Origin: an uncultured Nitrospinota bacterium
GTDB lineage: Bacteria; Tectomicrobia; Entotheonellia; J063; CAVPRW01
Length of the DNA stretch: 64,000 bases
Direction of reading: 5' to 3'
NCBI GenBank assembly: GCA_963707985.1
Contig: CAVPRW010000010.1
Coordinates: 128,001 to 192,000, forward strand
How positions within the stretch are numbered: position 1 is the stretch's first letter; each line of letters begins with the position of its first letter. The translations under genes and the position numbers were made by a program. Positions 63,244 through 64,000 of the stretch are shown here, one piece after another. The notes under the pieces are model-generated. The model ran no database searches. It saw only the letters and a list, made by a program, of their open reading frames with translations, and had not been told where the DNA came from.

Positions 63244-63999
63244 CTATCCCGGCGGCGGTGGGCACAGTATTTCCCGTAGCCTATCCTCCAGTCCCTGGAA
63301 CTCTGGGTCGTCCCTGATCAATTGCGCAAAATCACGAACCTGGTCCAGATGTGCCTGCAGGCTCCTTGCCAAGAGTCGCTGGGCATCCCCCGACCCAAGG
63401 GCTAGGCCGAAGAAAGCCGTTGCCCAGTCCTGGTGGGCCAGCAAAGTATTGAGCACTGCTTGCCGTCCTTCGTCGCTTCCGAGCAATCCATCAGCTGCCG
63501 CTCGCCGGCCTTCGTCGGTTGCCAGCAGGTTCTCAGCGACGGCCTGGCGCCCGGCGTCGGTTTGCAGCAGTTTGGTTAAGAATGCGCGCAACTGCTCGGG
63601 ATCGCCCAACAACTCATCGGCCACAGCCTGCTGCCCGGCGTCGCTCGCCAACAGGCTCTCAGCAATGGCTTGGCGGCCGCCCTCGTTTTCCAGCAGTCTG
63701 GTCAATAACGCCCGCAACTGATCGGGATGGCCCAACAGCGCATTGACCACAGCCTGCTGCCCGGCGTCGTTCGCCAACAGGCTCTCCGCGGCAGCCTGGC
63801 GGCCAGCCGGACTTGCCAGCAGGCCATTCAGTACAGCCTGTAAGGCTGACTGGTTTGCTAGCAGCGCCTCGATAATGGCCTGGGCATTTACCGCGGCCAG
63901 AGCGTCGGCTACCGCCCGCGCATGATTGGCTACCAGGCTCGCGATAGCGTCTTGTAAAGCCGCCGTGTTTGCCAATAGCGCATCGATAAATGCCCGCAG
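63244..63999 (-). CDS. Protein with tandem 14-aa repeats, 5' end outside window
   Basis: Frame open to the window edge; repeat units such as LLASPAGRQAAAES, LLANDAGQQAVVNA and LLGHPDQLRALLTR. Confidence 0.8.
   Translation of the reverse strand: MRAFIDALLANTAALQDAIASLVANHARAVADALAAVNAQAIIEALLANQSALQAVLNGLLASPAGRQAAAESLLANDAGQQAVVNALLGHPDQLRALLTRLLENEGGRQAIAESLLASDAGQQAVADELLGDPEQLRAFLTKLLQTDAGRQAVAENLLATDEGRRAAADGLLGSDEGRQAVLNTLLAHQDWATAFFGLALGSGDAQRLLARSLQAHLDQVRDFAQLIRDDPEFQGLEDRLREILCPPPPG
63622..63787. repeat. Intragenic direct repeat with a 126-bp period
   Basis: CACAGCCTGCTGCCCGGCGTCG(C/T)TCGCCAACAGGCTCTC at 63622 and 63749 region. Confidence 0.75.
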
Positions 64000-64000
64000 C

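Noticed and set aside
1..64000. CRISPR array, rRNA or intact tRNA
   Set aside because: None seen by eye; the repeats found are intragenic or paralogous.

Overview
Bacterial DNA, roughly 60% GC by eye, in four blocks. (1) 1-18.5 kb: a sensor kinase and sigma-54 activator, a divergent alternative sigma-70 factor, and a ~14-kb respiratory operon. The operon joins a CydA-like 'bd-like' subunit (no CydB), several c-type cytochromes (one fused to an EbdC/NxrC-type heme-b domain) and a complete A1-type aa3 oxidase with its assembly genes. (2) 18.6-30.4 kb: housekeeping genes (mazG, NUDIX, nitroreductase, amidohydrolase, phosphodiesterase, mnmA, rsmD, PfkB kinase) and a LysM/goose-type lysozyme/PG-binding/M15 peptidase fusion. 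(3) 30.7-42 kb: a sulfur/redox cluster (peroxiredoxin, MoeB-rhodanese, cysteine synthase, thioredoxin), then an ABC peptide transporter and an MFS pump. The cluster holds two paralogous 93-aa Cys-rich ORFs missed or truncated by the ORF track. Both have an in-frame TGA in a C-x-x-U motif followed by an identical SECIS-like hairpin, making them a candidate selenoprotein family I do not recognise and the top finding. (4) 42-64 kb: a probable island bounded by a 3' fragment of tRNA-Arg(TCG), with an IS6 remnant and the distal end of an extracellular contractile injection system (eCIS)-type locus. It has a 14-aa-repeat protein, a tape-measure-like protein, an AAA ATPase and four polymorphic effectors that share an N-terminal leader but differ at the C-terminus. 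Several genes are split by apparent indels, probably assembly errors. All family calls are from motif recognition, not database searches.
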